A stretch of 53,210 nucleotides of DNA, the filler included, from Sphacelaria rigidula (Eukaryota), in the NCBI GenBank assembly GCA_964200075.2. It is 4 parts of 4 records of this genome, joined end to end, with 100 filler letters (N's around TTAATTAATTAA, not from the genome) between each part and the next. Parts side by side here need not be neighbours in the genome. Positions count along the whole stretch, not along the records: positions 1 to 13,229 come from CAXNAA020003048.1; positions 13,330 to 26,556 come from CAXNAA020003049.1; 2 more parts are not named here. One strand, given 5' to 3'. A program made the translations under genes and the position numbers. Below, in pieces: positions 10,551-22,831 of this stretch; positions within the stretch are counted from its first letter, which is position 1, and each line of letters opens with the position of its first letter. The notes under the pieces were generated by a model, which was given only the letters and a program-made list of their open reading frames with translations, was not told where the DNA came from and searched no databases.

Positions 10551-11639
10551 AAATATGTGGTCTGAGGGGGAAAACTGTGAGTACCGTGATGGATGCAGCT
10601 GCTTAGATCCCCGGGTCATCATATACCGTCACCTCGGGTCATCGTTCGCTCTTGTCATCGGGGTGTCGTCATATTTCGTGGTTGGGCCAGGCTAGCTCCC
10701 CGCCCCCACCCCGTCACTCTACTGCACTCGTGTCCTCCTCCTTGCTCGATGCCTCGTCTAGCTCCCCACACGCACACGCAGATACCACAAGGAACATATC
10801 GCCTCGTCCCCGTGACTCTCTCTCCGTGGCCCACGAGGTTATCGTCCCTATCTCCCAGGGGTTTTGATATTTTTTATCACTTGATTGTCGCACTTTAACT
10901 GATCACCCAGGGATCCAGCCGTGGGCACATGATAGACGTACCCCGAAAAAAAGCAAGAACTGAAATATTCGCTGGAAAGAAGAGAAGGAATCATGAGAGG
11001 TAGAACAGAACAGCAGAGCAGACTAAGAAAATGGGGTTTGCCTAAAAAATCAAGAACCAACATCAATTCCTATGTCCGCCTTTGGTTACGGAATGAATCG
11101 CGCAGGGTGACGGATAAAAACGGGCTCGGTCGTCGTTACGAACGATCCTGCTTTTTCATGAAATCCCACTCACCAGAAGATCCCAACAGCACAGTGCTAT
11201 TTCTGGGAACTTTTTTTTTTCTATTTTTTGTACAAGGGTCAGGCGCAGAGACAAGGCGTCCCTTCTGTCTCATGATGCTGGAAAACTTCAAGTATATCTT
11301 GAAGTGATGTCACAGGTGAGTGTTGAAGCCACAGGTTCGGTGTCGTGAGGGGCTCAGGACGCTGTGTAGGTTAAACGGTGGTTCTTATCATGGCCACATG
11401 TTTCTTTAGTTTGACAATCATTTTGTCTAATGATTGCGGAGGGTATGATATCAAATCAGCGAGGAGGCAGCAACGGATCCTGCCAGCCGTGTCATAATGC
11501 TTATCCCGCTCATGGATGGACGCTCAAAGGAACACAGCTAACAAGCACCCTTCAGGCTCCGTTAGATATCCGAGGGTGCTGGGCTCAAGGTTTCCGCTCC
11601 AGCTCGCGCTCTAGCTCGATTTTAAGCTTATTTGGCTTC

Positions 11640-11898
11640 TTACTTTCATTTTGGTAATATTTTAGTTGATTACGTTTGTTCTTGTAATCAGGCTGGAGTC
11701 TAAGGTCAAACGATCGAAGATTCCATGTCTTGTAAGAAATAGCAGGGATGGTATTGGAAAGACGAGCCTATGGTCTGTGACCACGGGTTCGAGAGATCGG
11801 ACTAATGTGCGGAAATAATAATAATAAATAATCATAATCATAATCATAATCATAATCATAATCATAATCATAATCATCATAATAGTCATAGTAATCAT
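11640..11898 (+). mobile_element. 3' end of a non-LTR retroelement (LINE/SINE) with (AAT)n/(AATCAT)n tail
   Basis: CTGTGACCACGGGTTCGAGAGATCGGACTAATGTG followed by a microsatellite tail. The same motif plus an A-rich tail occurs inverted at ~49520-49605. The 5' boundary is uncertain. Confidence 0.6.
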
Positions 11899-12454
11899 GG
11901 TACGAATTGCGAGTTCTGCAGAGACCCCTGCAACGCTCCCTGGCGATGAGCAACATCCTCTTGTAGTCAGTAGTAGAACTCACTCATAGTAGGGCATGAT
12001 GGCAAACTGGTTAGCCGTGAAGGTAGTCGCAATGATATCCCTCTTTCAATATAAAGTTAGGGTAAGGTGGATGGAGGTTGGCACATGAATATTTGAGTGG
12101 CCCAGGAACTTCCGCTGCCGAGCTCTTGCAGAGTATTATACTATCTAACAGAATGAAACGTCATGCAAGTCAAGTTCCACGCTACACATATTTGCAGTAC
12201 AACAGCGCTCGTGTGCAACGAGTGGCGCGCCCGCAACTCTGAGAACACAGTACCAATTTAGTCATGGAGTCTTCGTCATTACGTCCGGCTCAGGGGCAGG
12301 TTTCGAGTAGCAACCGCTTGCGATCTTCGCCGTGACGTTCCTCCTGCGCCGTGCTGATTCCTCCACCGAAGATCAGTGCGTGCTCCGCCAGCTGTCCGTG
12401 CTGGTTGCCATCCTTCCTCTTCTCACGATGGTTTCTTACCTGGGCTACATTTTA

Positions 12455-12778
12455 ATTAAATTCAATTAATTTATTTGTCGCACTTTGAACCTCTTAACTT
12501 CGTCGGGACGAGTCCGTGGTCTCAAGGAATCAACAAATCTCTCCCCGTTACACGCCTTGCACTTTTGTCTCGCGAATTGGGTCATGATTATCACCACTCC
12601 CGCATCGCGTCAACTCACGTAAAAAAAAAACTCAGTCGACTAGTTTGTTTACTCACGTTCTCACATTTTCCACGGTGGAAATCACATACTACGAAGAGAA
12701 AACCCGACGCATCGGGAATCGAACCCTCGTTCTCTTGACCCTAATGGCGACGGTCGGACCACTTACACCACCGGGGCG
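12455..12778 (-). mobile_element. tRNA-derived SINE (family S1)
   Basis: Minus-strand head GCCCCGGTGGTGTAAGTGG (A box) ... GGTTCGATTCC (B box), then a ~230-bp body and an AT-rich tail. An internally deleted copy lies at ~45200-45283. Confidence 0.75.
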
Positions 12779-13229
12779 CGGCGTCATATACTATTGATAC
12801 TGTACTGGGGAGCATTACTGCTTCAACTGATTACTGCAATCGGTGTTGAATACAAAGTCATTGAGTGAAAAACCAGCATGTCATTGGAAAGGAGCAAAAC
12901 GGAGCAGGTTTTCGACAGCAGTGCATTGCTTTCGGCACCATACGAGCTGGGCCAGCAGTACATCCCGCATTTGCATCTCCATCCATAACTCGTCAAATTC
13001 ACCAAATCAGCTCGACTCGAGCATATCGCTGTGAACTGCAGACCAAATTGGTAATGCACGGCACCGCCACTGGTCGATCGGCGAAGTTTTGGCGATGATG
13101 TTCTTGTATTGCATTGAGTACCGGGAATGTCTCGTGTCGTTGCGTGATGGCGTATCTGATGACGTTTCGTTTCACAAAATACGGTGGAATTGCGGTAGGG
13201 AACTGCGCCGCACAGGCACGCGTTGACTC

Positions 13230-13329
13230 NNNNNNNNNNNNNNNNNNNNNNNNNNNNNNNNNNNNNNNNNNNNTTAATTAATTAANNNNNNNNNNNNNNN
13301 NNNNNNNNNNNNNNNNNNNNNNNNNNNNN
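13230..13329. other. Artificial assembly linker (N44-TTAATTAATTAA-N44)
   Basis: 100-nt N block with a six-frame stop cassette. Confidence 0.98.
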
Positions 13330-14809
13330 ACCCCCTATCAACTTGGCGCAGTACATGCGCCGCCCTGCTCTTGAGAGCTTCGGCCCTAGATCGACAACTG
13401 GTGCAAACGTTCAAGCCAATAGCAGTAGCCTCTTGCCATGGTTGAAGGAGGAGGGTGAATGTTAACCCGCCGCCATTTTCAGTTGAGGAAGGAAGTGTAT
13501 GACCGAGGTGATTCCCCCTGGTGGTCGGAGGGGATTTCCATCGAGCATCATTCTGGAGTTTGTGCTGATAACTTCGTATGTGCATAACCCCATGTACTGC
13601 AGACACAATCACCGTCATTATCCAGCTGTAGTGAGACGGCCAAATGCTGCTAGTCGTGACTCATTCACGATCAACAGTGACGTGCGGCATATGCGTAGTA
13701 GCAACGGTCCTTTCAATAGAGAGTTTCGGAAGATGTTTTTTCCAATCATACAGTCAGAGTCCAGAGCGGAAGCGCTGAAGCTTCAGAGTGAACGCTAAAA
13801 AGTTCATAGCGGAAGCTGATGTGACGTGGCTTGATGTGGAGTTTTTTTTTCGCAGTGATTGGCCGCAGGTTGTGCCACCAAATATGCGATCGACCAGCGC
13901 GCAGTCCGAAAATACACAGGTCAACACAGCATTGACTGTACCATACCCTGCGGCACCGTACGTACCGTACACTACGCTTCATTGCATGTGCAGTACTTCA
14001 ATCCACCACGGCGCACCACAGGACACTGTCGTGCTGTGCAGTGTAGAGTACAGCCAGTGCAGTACGGAGAGTGCAATGCAGAACCCTGCAACAGTACATC
14101 GCGGTACGGCGAACTACAGCGATACCGTACATACAAGTCAGTAGTACAGTAGTACCGTACAACAGCACGTAGCACCCTCAAACAATAGACAAGGCCGCAT
14201 CGTGATGATTTCCCAACATGCCACCCATAACGGTGGTGCCAGAAGTCATGACCTCTAACGGAATGGCAATGTAGCCAGGTGTAGTACTGCTTTTGCGTTG
14301 TAGACTACGAATAGTTCACACCGTCTTCTTACAGCTGAAGCTGGCAAAGACGAGGAACTGCACCCACGGCACCGACGTGTATCCGCCGAGCATTTGAATT
14401 TTCACTCAGCGCGAACAAGCGAATGCTGATGCCGTGGCAGCGTCAGGAAGATATTCTGATTGCGATGCGAAGCGTTTCTACTTCGTGACTGGTGCATTGT
14501 GATGAGCATGGCAGTTGTTATGGATGTCCCACTTTGCTTGTTAGGATACATCGATTTTGAACTGGCTGTGGTCATGTTGGTGAAGGTGGGCGTTCTTCAT
14601 CATTTCACTATGAACTAAAAATACTTCATAGCGAAAAGTGCACCGTTACCGGCCTTCCACTCTGTCTCTGAGATCGAGAAAATCGTTTTCCGAAACTCTA
14701 CAGCGTAGGTGTCGTCTTTCTAACAAAGAAGCCCGACCATTCCCCCGAGGTTCGTCTATCTAGCGTCCAAATAGGGGTCCAGAGGGTACAAGGGTTAATT
14801 GTACAGCAC

Positions 14810-16110
14810 GGGTCTAACTTTTCTGGGCTTTTGCAACCTTGGTCCCCTCAATGATTATCATGAAGGCTTTTCTCTCTCCTTCCGGCAGTTTGCGGGTGGA
14901 CCTAGTCCCCACGAAATTATCTCTTTTTACGGCAAGCATCATGTGCATACTGGGCCGAGCACGGAGAGTAAGCTCTTCATTCACCACATGTTTCATTCGC
15001 CTCCCTTGGTTACAACACTTCGAGCTTGTGATCACTGCTGTATCCTCACTGGATCAGTCAACGTGCGGAAATTAATCAAATCAATCAGCTGGATTTTATT
15101 CGGCATCGTGAGTTTTTGGATGTTCAGCTCATTCCACATACCCCGTCTGCCGGTTCTACACGCCACCGGCGCATATCCTACGAAGTATCGCTGAGCCTCG
15201 CTCCTACTGCTTGGCGCCCACTCTCCTCTTCACCTGCATGCCGTTTTCTCCACTCTATGTTGCTTTTCATGTTCAGCGCTGTCGATCCAAGGGAAAACGC
15301 CATCGCAGTGGGAGGCCGAGGGACACAAGGTGGCACCATCACCGCCTTGCATGGGGGGCAGTAAAGCCGACCCTTCCATGTGAGGCCAAAGTTACCATGC
15401 ACAGGAACCCAGGATTTAACCTTTTTCTTCACAAGGCCGTGCTGGAGAGGGCGGTCGGGCGCTTAAAGGAATCCTTGTACGTCGAGCATTTCACTTCGCG
15501 TGTTGTAGCTCACGGTGTATCCTTGTTTCTTTTCCGGCAAGTGACTCGTTCGTGCAGTGATGATGAGCTCACCGGGATTTCATCGTTATTCGCGAAAAAG
15601 CGACATAATTTTGATTTTTACGGGACGTTGCCCATGGGCTGTTGGTGCAAGGCTGCCGTTGTGAGCAAGACACGTTGTCGGGAGTAATGCGCTGGTGGCG
15701 ATATCGTAGCCTTTCGGTCTTGTGCGTTCCTTCTCGAGGGCTGTGAAACTGGAAGGGTGCCCATGGTTGCAACGTCTGTGGACGCATGTTGCATGTACGC
15801 TTGTCGTCTTCAGGGGTCAACCTCACCGCTTTTTGGCTCCCTGGTAGATGTGGTCCCCTTCCGGCGTCGTTGAAGCCGATGTGCAAAGGACAGTAAAACG
15901 GCACGTGGGCAGTGTGAACTGGAGGGATTGTCGCCACGTGAACTTCCGCTTTCGAGTACTCGTGCAGTCGCGCTGGCGTACTGGGTGACCGCACGTGTTT
16001 TTGTGGATGGTAGGTACCCCCGTCGATTATTGAAAGATTACATTTCCGGCAAACTTTCGTTGGCTCCACGGCACTGTGCCCTCATCGGCACCGCAAAACA
16101 TCTTCATTGG
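14810..16110 (-). pseudogene. Decayed coding-like region, possibly a DNA-transposase remnant
   Basis: Broken minus-strand frames, including KKKVKSWVPVHGNFGLTWKGRLYCPPCK...NMKSNIEWRKRH, which resembles N-terminal zinc fingers of hAT-type transposases. Many stops; no catalytic motif seen. Confidence 0.3.
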
Positions 16111-16519
16111 AATTGAACCCGCATAATATCTTGTCAACAAATGACTCATGATACTGAATAGTATTTTTTTCTCACCGCAAGGCGAGGCCTCCGTTAGGCC
16201 GCGATTGCTGCGCGTGCCGACTGTCCACAGTTGATGAGGAACTATTATTCTCGACTAATTCTTTTACTGCACTGGAAATTCTGTAGGAATCGGGGGAATG
16301 TCGATTCGTGGGGGGTCATCACGAAAAATTGACACGATCCGTGAAATGTTTTGGAGCTCCCGCATCCCAAATTTGCACAAAAAAATGGAGGAATATCGTC
16401 GAAATGACGTCTCCAAAGCGGCGATGTTTGTGGGGAGAGTATCCTGCCGACCCTCTACAATTTGAAGGATTTTATTCAAGGTGAAATTTCACAATTTTGA
16501 AGCCTTTTCATGCGCGAAA

Positions 16520-17755
16520 ATGCCTGCTCGGGCCTATCGCACCAACGTCTCTCTGTACGACTTTTCTCCCCTCGCCCGTCTGGGCGCTCTCACCACGCAC
16601 CCCACTGTATCTCACCAACGCTCCAGGCCTGAGTCTCTTTTGTCTCCCGCCCTAAGGGCCACAAAGAGTCAGCAGGAGGGGAACCAAACACGGAGATGGC
16701 GTGCGCGCTTGCGTACTTCCGCAACACCATGGTTTCGTACCATGTGGTCACGGAGATCTTTGAGCGTGCTAGCTGTCGTTTTTCTCACGTGCTCAGTTGG
16801 CATGCTTTTTCCGGGACCAGCAAAAGCGACCGCGGTGTCGACGGGAGCAGCGGCCACGCAGGCGGCTGGGAAGGGCAGTGACGTGGGAACGCGTGTCGCG
16901 GAGCTGTTGGATGATATGTTCGTTGAGACGGTGGGGAAGGTAGCGAAAATCCGCGACGCATATGGTGACATTCACCCTCTAACCCAAGCACGGGCCATAT
17001 TTCTAACCGCCTGGGTATCAGCAAGCGTCGGGTCGGTGGCCGCAGCTGGGGTACTGGGAGAGCCATTGGGATGCGCTATGGTGCTGACGGCGTCATCTCA
17101 CACGATTTTCTCGGTGTATAAGCTCGTGCTCGCTCTTATGGCAACTTCCAGGCACACTAGGAACCCCACCCCCAAGGAACAACGGCAGAACCAATTCGCG
17201 ATGCCGAAAGCCAAAGTTCCATCCCGACCCTTTAGTAAGTCCAAGAGGAAAACCCCACCGCAATTCCTCAAGCGTCATACAAGACGGAGAAAAGATGCTG
17301 TGAAGCCCGCAGCCATTAGTGCAGGGCGGCTACAAAATATCAAAGAGCTGGATGATGCAACAGGGAGAATGAACGACGCCATCACGATCGCCGAAGCTCA
17401 CAGTGTGCCGAAGTGGCTGATAGTTGTGGCTGCCATATTCGGACCAGCGGTTGCGACCGTGTGCGGGGTCGTAGCGTATCACTTGGGCGGTGCCGTTCTC
17501 ATCACCACGATGTCTGCCTTGGCGCAAGGCTCGGTGCTGGGCACACTGCTAGCGGGGACCCTTTCGTGGAGTGGTGCTGGGACGGACGCGGTCGCACGGT
17601 GGGCGATGCTGCAATATTTTGGAGGAATCCTTTTCCGACTCCTACTCAGCGACGGGGTGCTCATGACGGTTTTCTTCGTGAATACTTTGACGCCAAACAA
17701 ACCAGGGAAGGTGCCGCCGGGTCCGAGGGGTGAAGGGCGTACATCCAACAAGTGA
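16520..17755 (+). CDS. Hypothetical multi-pass membrane protein, single long exon (start uncertain: ATG 16520, ATG 16742, or an upstream exon)
   Basis: Longest ORF in the window (open 16481-17755, 424 codons). It has a hydrophobic segment ending PGPAKA, two further hydrophobic helices, a basic loop, and ~3-4 C-terminal hydrophobic helices. Confidence 0.75.
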   Translation: MPARAYRTNVSLYDFSPLARLGALTTHPTVSHQRSRPESLLSPALRATKSQQEGNQTRRWRARLRTSATPWFRTMWSRRSLSVLAVVFLTCSVGMLFPGPAKATAVSTGAAATQAAGKGSDVGTRVAELLDDMFVETVGKVAKIRDAYGDIHPLTQARAIFLTAWVSASVGSVAAAGVLGEPLGCAMVLTASSHTIFSVYKLVLALMATSRHTRNPTPKEQRQNQFAMPKAKVPSRPFSKSKRKTPPQFLKRHTRRRKDAVKPAAISAGRLQNIKELDDATGRMNDAITIAEAHSVPKWLIVVAAIFGPAVATVCGVVAYHLGGAVLITTMSALAQGSVLGTLLAGTLSWSGAGTDAVARWAMLQYFGGILFRLLLSDGVLMTVFFVNTLTPNKPGKVPPGPRGEGRTSNK

Positions 17756-18859
17756 CGGGGCGCGAGTCGGTCGCTAAACGGTGCAGTCTCTCGAGCCCAA
17801 ATACGTCAGTTTCGGAGTGATGGTAATGGCAACGTAGTAGCAGTGCGTGAATTTAATTTTTCAAAGTTGCAGTAAAAGTCTTGCGTTTTTGTGGTCATTT
17901 CGAAAGCATGTAAATAGAGGGTGGATAGCAACAACTACGGCTCGAAACAAACCCCAAGCGCCAATGGTGTTGTCAGCTGCTTCAACAAACGTGCGTCCCC
18001 AATGCCCCTGCCATCCCTTTAGCTTGAAGATCTTCGTTGGCCCGTAAAAAGCCAACATGGGAACAAATACCTCGACTAGTTGAACCCGCGATGGTACACA
18101 CTGAGGCCGTCTGTAACATCGCCTGAAGAAATGTTCGTAACACTGGTAGCGCTTATTTTCGGTTCCATATTCGCCGAGATTACTCAGTCAAGTCAGCCAT
18201 GGCGAATTTGTGCCTCACCGATTTGTCGACGCACTACGCTCCAGGTAGACGCACGGTATATAAATAGCAAGAGAATCGACGGAGGAGGAGACGGACGCCG
18301 CATATCAAGTGTTTCCGAGAGAGCCAAGCCACAACACTGCAGCGCCGTTCCAATACTAAAACCACAGCGCGGATCGCCTGACGTGGGTACAACTCGGATC
18401 GGCATCGCCGACACGAGATACGTGGGGGACTAATTCCACCGCGAACTCAACAACTTACCGCTTGACCGCATCCTAACGACGGAGATTTTGACACCGAAAC
18501 AAATGATGGGCTTGTGCAGCTCTGTACCCGGTGGCCCTTGTCTGTTTGTGAACAACACTTTCAGTTCACAATCTCATCCTGCGCAAGTCAGGATCGAACA
18601 AAGAAAGATCAAAATTTGCTTCAGTGATTAAACTACCTTCCACGTACTTGTTCACAGGAACAGAGCAACGTGGAGGCAATTGGAAAAAAGGAGAAAATTC
18701 AGGCCAGCTCTATCTCCAATCGTAGAACACCAACCAATTCGCAGACATGGAAAAGGACTCAGAAGGTGCAGGCATCATCCTTCACCGGTTTCCTGCGCAG
18801 AGGCGACGAGGGTATCCCTATGACGCTGTCTAACTGGAACATCGCGATATATATGCAGA

Positions 18860-21800
18860 TCAAGGGCCGTCTGGCTTGAATTCCTGGTTCGCGTTCCCAT
18901 CCTCCACTGCTTCGACAGCTTTGTTCGACTGAAAAGACAAGTAGATGTTCCACACGAATCCAAACCCGTTTGCGCACAGCACCTGTCGAACAGAGGACAA
19001 ATACCCCGGGAATCGGAAATGTTCGCACATTCGAGGGTGGCTTAATGCACTCTGGTATTCACAGCACTTGAAGCACGCCCTACCGTATGTTCTCTAGAGT
19101 AACCATCATATTTTGCTTGGTATGCTCAGTGTACGCTTGGCTCAAGACATGTGACATCAACGTGACAAACGGGTGACAAAACTATTGTACAGGGCGTCAT
19201 ATTCCAACGATCTCGATGTGCGAGTGATACGCCCAGAACCGCAAAAGTTGGCGTACTGCATGATATCAACATTGATTGCGAAAGAGTGACCATTCGTCAA
19301 CGGTGGTGCGCGCCCCTCTAGATATCCCACTGCAGCGTGGTGGCCGCGTCAAGACTTCTTTTGCAACCCCGTCCGGAGGCATAAAGCACCAGCATCGGGC
19401 CATTTTTTATTTGAGCATGCGCACTCGCGGCCGGATACTGTGCGCCTCGTCAGTTGCTACACCTTGCTCTTGTGAGCATCTACTTCGTCTTTATGCTGCG
19501 ATGGAACACGGCTCATCAACCGTCTGCCGATCCACCATCACATTTGACGGGTCTGGGCTTTGAATTCCCACCTTGACGTCCTTCTCACTCATCACACCTG
19601 ATACATGGCGGGCACAAAGCGAAAGTTGATGACCTGTGCAGGGATCCAGTATCCCCAGTTTCCCACCAGAGTCTGGATGTAGTCAGCCTTCAGTTTCGGC
19701 ACAATCTGCGGCGAGGATAGTGAACGACCAACGGCATAATTGAAGTCATTCTATCTCGCGATGGCGCCACGAGAAGGCTTTGTCCTCGGCACAACAAACG
19801 TTATACGGGAACAAAAGCAGAAATGACTCAGAACACATACAAGCTGGGCCAGCCTAGAGGCGAATTTGTAGTTTGCAGGCCCATTCGCCGGTCAATGTTT
19901 AGAGTTAGACCCTGAAATTTGGTACGGACAAAGAATGGTACATTGTAAAATAATCATGCGTGCACCCAAATAATTGTTCTTGTTTTTTTCCCACGATTTC
20001 ACGGCATTTCACTGATACCCAAAAACTGGTTATTGCCTTTAACGCATGAAAAAACAAACTCTGGGTCCACGCGTATTGTTTCATTATTATGCCAATTTCT
20101 TTGTCCATACCAAAGTCCAGGGTCCAACTCTGAACATTGGCCGGCGAATGGGCCGTTTGTAAACCAGGTCAGTATAACTTTGGAACAGTATTTTACAGGC
20201 CACGCACCGGCCCACGTTTGGTGTTGGTGAATATAATTTTTGGGTGGGACTTCTCCAGGGCATGATGAAAAAAAATTGGGTCAGGTTGGTTTGTACTATT
20301 TTTTTCTTCACTGGTTTAGGACGTTTTAGTATGGGGTATGGTAACGACCATTTTTTTAAAAGAACGCCCGAACCTCCTCCCCCCAAAAAATTGAAGGCCC
20401 CTTGCTTTTTTTTTTCAGCATACCCATGAGGTTTTCCATGCCAAGTTGAAATCACAATTCTAACAATTGGACTAAAACATGAGACAAGGCCCGAGAGCAA
20501 TGTTTATTTCTCCTCAAAAACTGCCCTCAAGAAACGAAAAGAATTGAAAAAGTCAAAGGCTGTTTTTTAAAACTACATTATGAACTAGCGGTTCTCCATA
20601 CGAAATTTTATAGCACAACTCTCAAAAACTGAGACGCGATATCCATCTCGTGCCTCTGCTCGTAATATATTGATTTTAGAATAAAACCCTATGTGCGTCA
20701 AATCTCGAGATAGATTACGAATTAGGTGAAGGTGAGGGTATCTATGGTCTCCCCGTGGGAATGTTCACATTAAAATTGTCGTCATGCGCTGAATGTATCG
20801 ATCGGGGTGTCATATAGATTATAGTATGGACTCTATCTCCGTACGGTATAGGTATTATTAGACATGGGGCTCAATCAACGAGAAAATATTGGCCTAGACT
20901 TTTGAGCAGATGGGCATCTTCCCCTTGTTTAGACGAATACGATATGCGGATCACGGCCCAACTCGTCTGTGTCGATGAGATATTGCCTTGACAGCTTAAA
21001 CCCGTTTTTAGGCTGGCCGAGCACGTATGCGGCATAGACTTTGAATGCCCACAGGCGAGTGCAAGCACAGAACGAACGCAACACATATCTAGTCTTCAAA
21101 ACGACTTTTTACTGTGACATCGGCGCAATCAATCGCACAAAAAAAGTACTCTTGAGTGTACAAAACCTCTCACTAACCCGAAGAAACGGCACAACTCCAT
21201 ACGTAGATGCTGACCACACTTCTTAACGGCTCAACACACAAGTAAAGCCCCGATATGAGTACAAGTAAAGCTAGGGGGAACACACACAAAAAACAACACA
21301 AAAAGCAATTGCTTGAATTAATGAAGGATGCGGCCAACAGGCACAACTGACCTTGGCTGCCTGACCATCCACCAGCATGTTCGCAGATAAAAATGACATC
21401 AAGAACACCGGCGTGAAGACCAGCTGGTCTAGTGCCACACGTTTCACAACAGTCGTCAGCGTCACGCCAGGTATTGCTTTCCCCAAAAATGTGTACCAAT
21501 AGTGCAGACATGGTGCCAGGAAACCCGCGCCAAGCAATGTAAACCTCGCGCAACGCCCCCAGTCCACATCCATGGTAGTAGCCCATGCCTCCAGTATTTC
21601 TCCATCGTCGCCATTGTCCACCTCCTCCTCTCCGTTTTCTTCCAAGTCGTCGAGTACGAAATGTGCGGCCAGTAACTGGCAGGTGAGGTCTCCTGCACCC
21701 GCTGTGTGTAATGACGGCCATATAATGCAGGATATCACGTCACAGAGCAGGCGGTATTATGAGCACTCCAGAGTGATGATCAAGCTCTTTTTAGAGTAAT

Positions 21801-22831
21801 CTCCACGCGCCCTTCAGAGTGCTCTTCGGTGAAGTTTGACGGGCATCGTTGACAAGTATACCGTGACGAGCTTCTTCAATTTGGGCAGGTTGTTTCGGCG
21901 TCGCAGAAATGCGCAATTGAAGAAGCACCAGGGGAGAGGTGGACTGATCCCTTGATACCACGAACTTGTTCCGAGAAAGGGATCAGACTTGAGAGAAGGA
22001 AATGGGAAGGGGCGGCCAACTATTGTTCAGAGCATCTATGTATGTCGCACGTCGCGTGCGCTCAATTACCCAAGAACAGGCCAATACACGAGACAAACGC
22101 GTAGCATGTTGGTGCCCAGCTTTTTTCTTGTAACTTGAAATGCCAGCACGCTCAAGAAAAAATCAAATTTGACCCTACACGCTGGTACTTGGGTTTGAAC
22201 TGCGCACACCCCACAAGGGTTAATCACCACACATCCGCACGTTCAGGATTGGAAGCCGGTTGGATCACGCAACAGAAAAACAAAGGAACTGGCAGCTACG
22301 TCGCGAATACCGGGAACATCCGACGCGAACCGCACATCAACGACCCCGCGACATCAGCACTACCACTAGACATCTGCGACTCTGGCGACGTCAAGATCCA
22401 CCTTGATTAGATAACGAGACACACGTGAGTACACAGCGCATATCCGTGCCCATCTTTTGTAGGCAACAAGAAACTCCTCGCGACGCCCGGAAGTCGACCG
22501 CTCAGAACACCTACTCAAAGCATACCTCACCAATTATTCCCGACGTGATGGCCTTTGTGGTCAAGGGTCGAGACGTCAAAAGATCCGAGTACCTGCCGAG
22601 CAACCTTGTCCTTGCGGACGCGTTCGGCGTCGAAAGTTTTTGTGGGGGGGGTTGCGGTGACGATGCAGGGTCCCGGCCGCTGCTGCTGTAACATCGCCTC
22701 ACAGGTTTGGTGATAGTTATGTTAGTTGTTCGTGGCGATGGTCGATCTGATCGACATGCTCCCGCATTCCATCTTCGCGCTGATGGAGTTACGAAACGCC
22801 CTGTAAAAGGACAACGAGCGCTGGAATACAT
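18860..22831 (-). CDS. Mpv17/PMP22 family membrane protein; complement(join(18860..18982,19598..19705,21352..21701,22531..22831)), ~293 aa
   Basis: Family motifs in order: YSDLLTSRPLTTKAITSGIIAGAGDLTCQ, DWGRCARF...APCLHYWYTFL, VVKRVALDQLVFTP, NWGYWIPAQVINFRFVP, VLCANGFGFVWNIYLS. All introns are GT-AG with matching phases (1,0,0). The Arg/Ser-rich N-terminus resembles a mitochondrial presequence. Confidence 0.93.
19836..21030. mobile_element. Non-autonomous TIR element in Mpv17-family intron 2, same family as the 6065-10085 element
   Basis: Inverted match CATACAAGCTGGGCCAGCCTA (19836..) with TAGGCTGGCCGAGCACGTATG (..21029). About 400 bp is homologous to 9570-10070 (e.g. AGTATGGACYCTATCTCCGTACGGTATAGG). 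Confidence 0.7.

Noticed and set aside
11662..11983. ORFs with (IM)n or (YD)n repeats
   Set aside because: Translations of the (AATCAT)n microsatellite.
12290..12440. Possible minus-strand terminal exon (VRNHREKRKDG...LLETCP*)
   Set aside because: Single short frame with no supporting upstream exon or recognisable similarity.
12700..12778. tRNA gene
   Set aside because: A/B boxes are present but I could not build a full cloverleaf, and it continues into a repeated body, so it is a SINE head.
13274..13285. TTAATTAATTAA as a regulatory palindrome
   Set aside because: Identical cassette in the centre of all three N gaps; synthetic linker.
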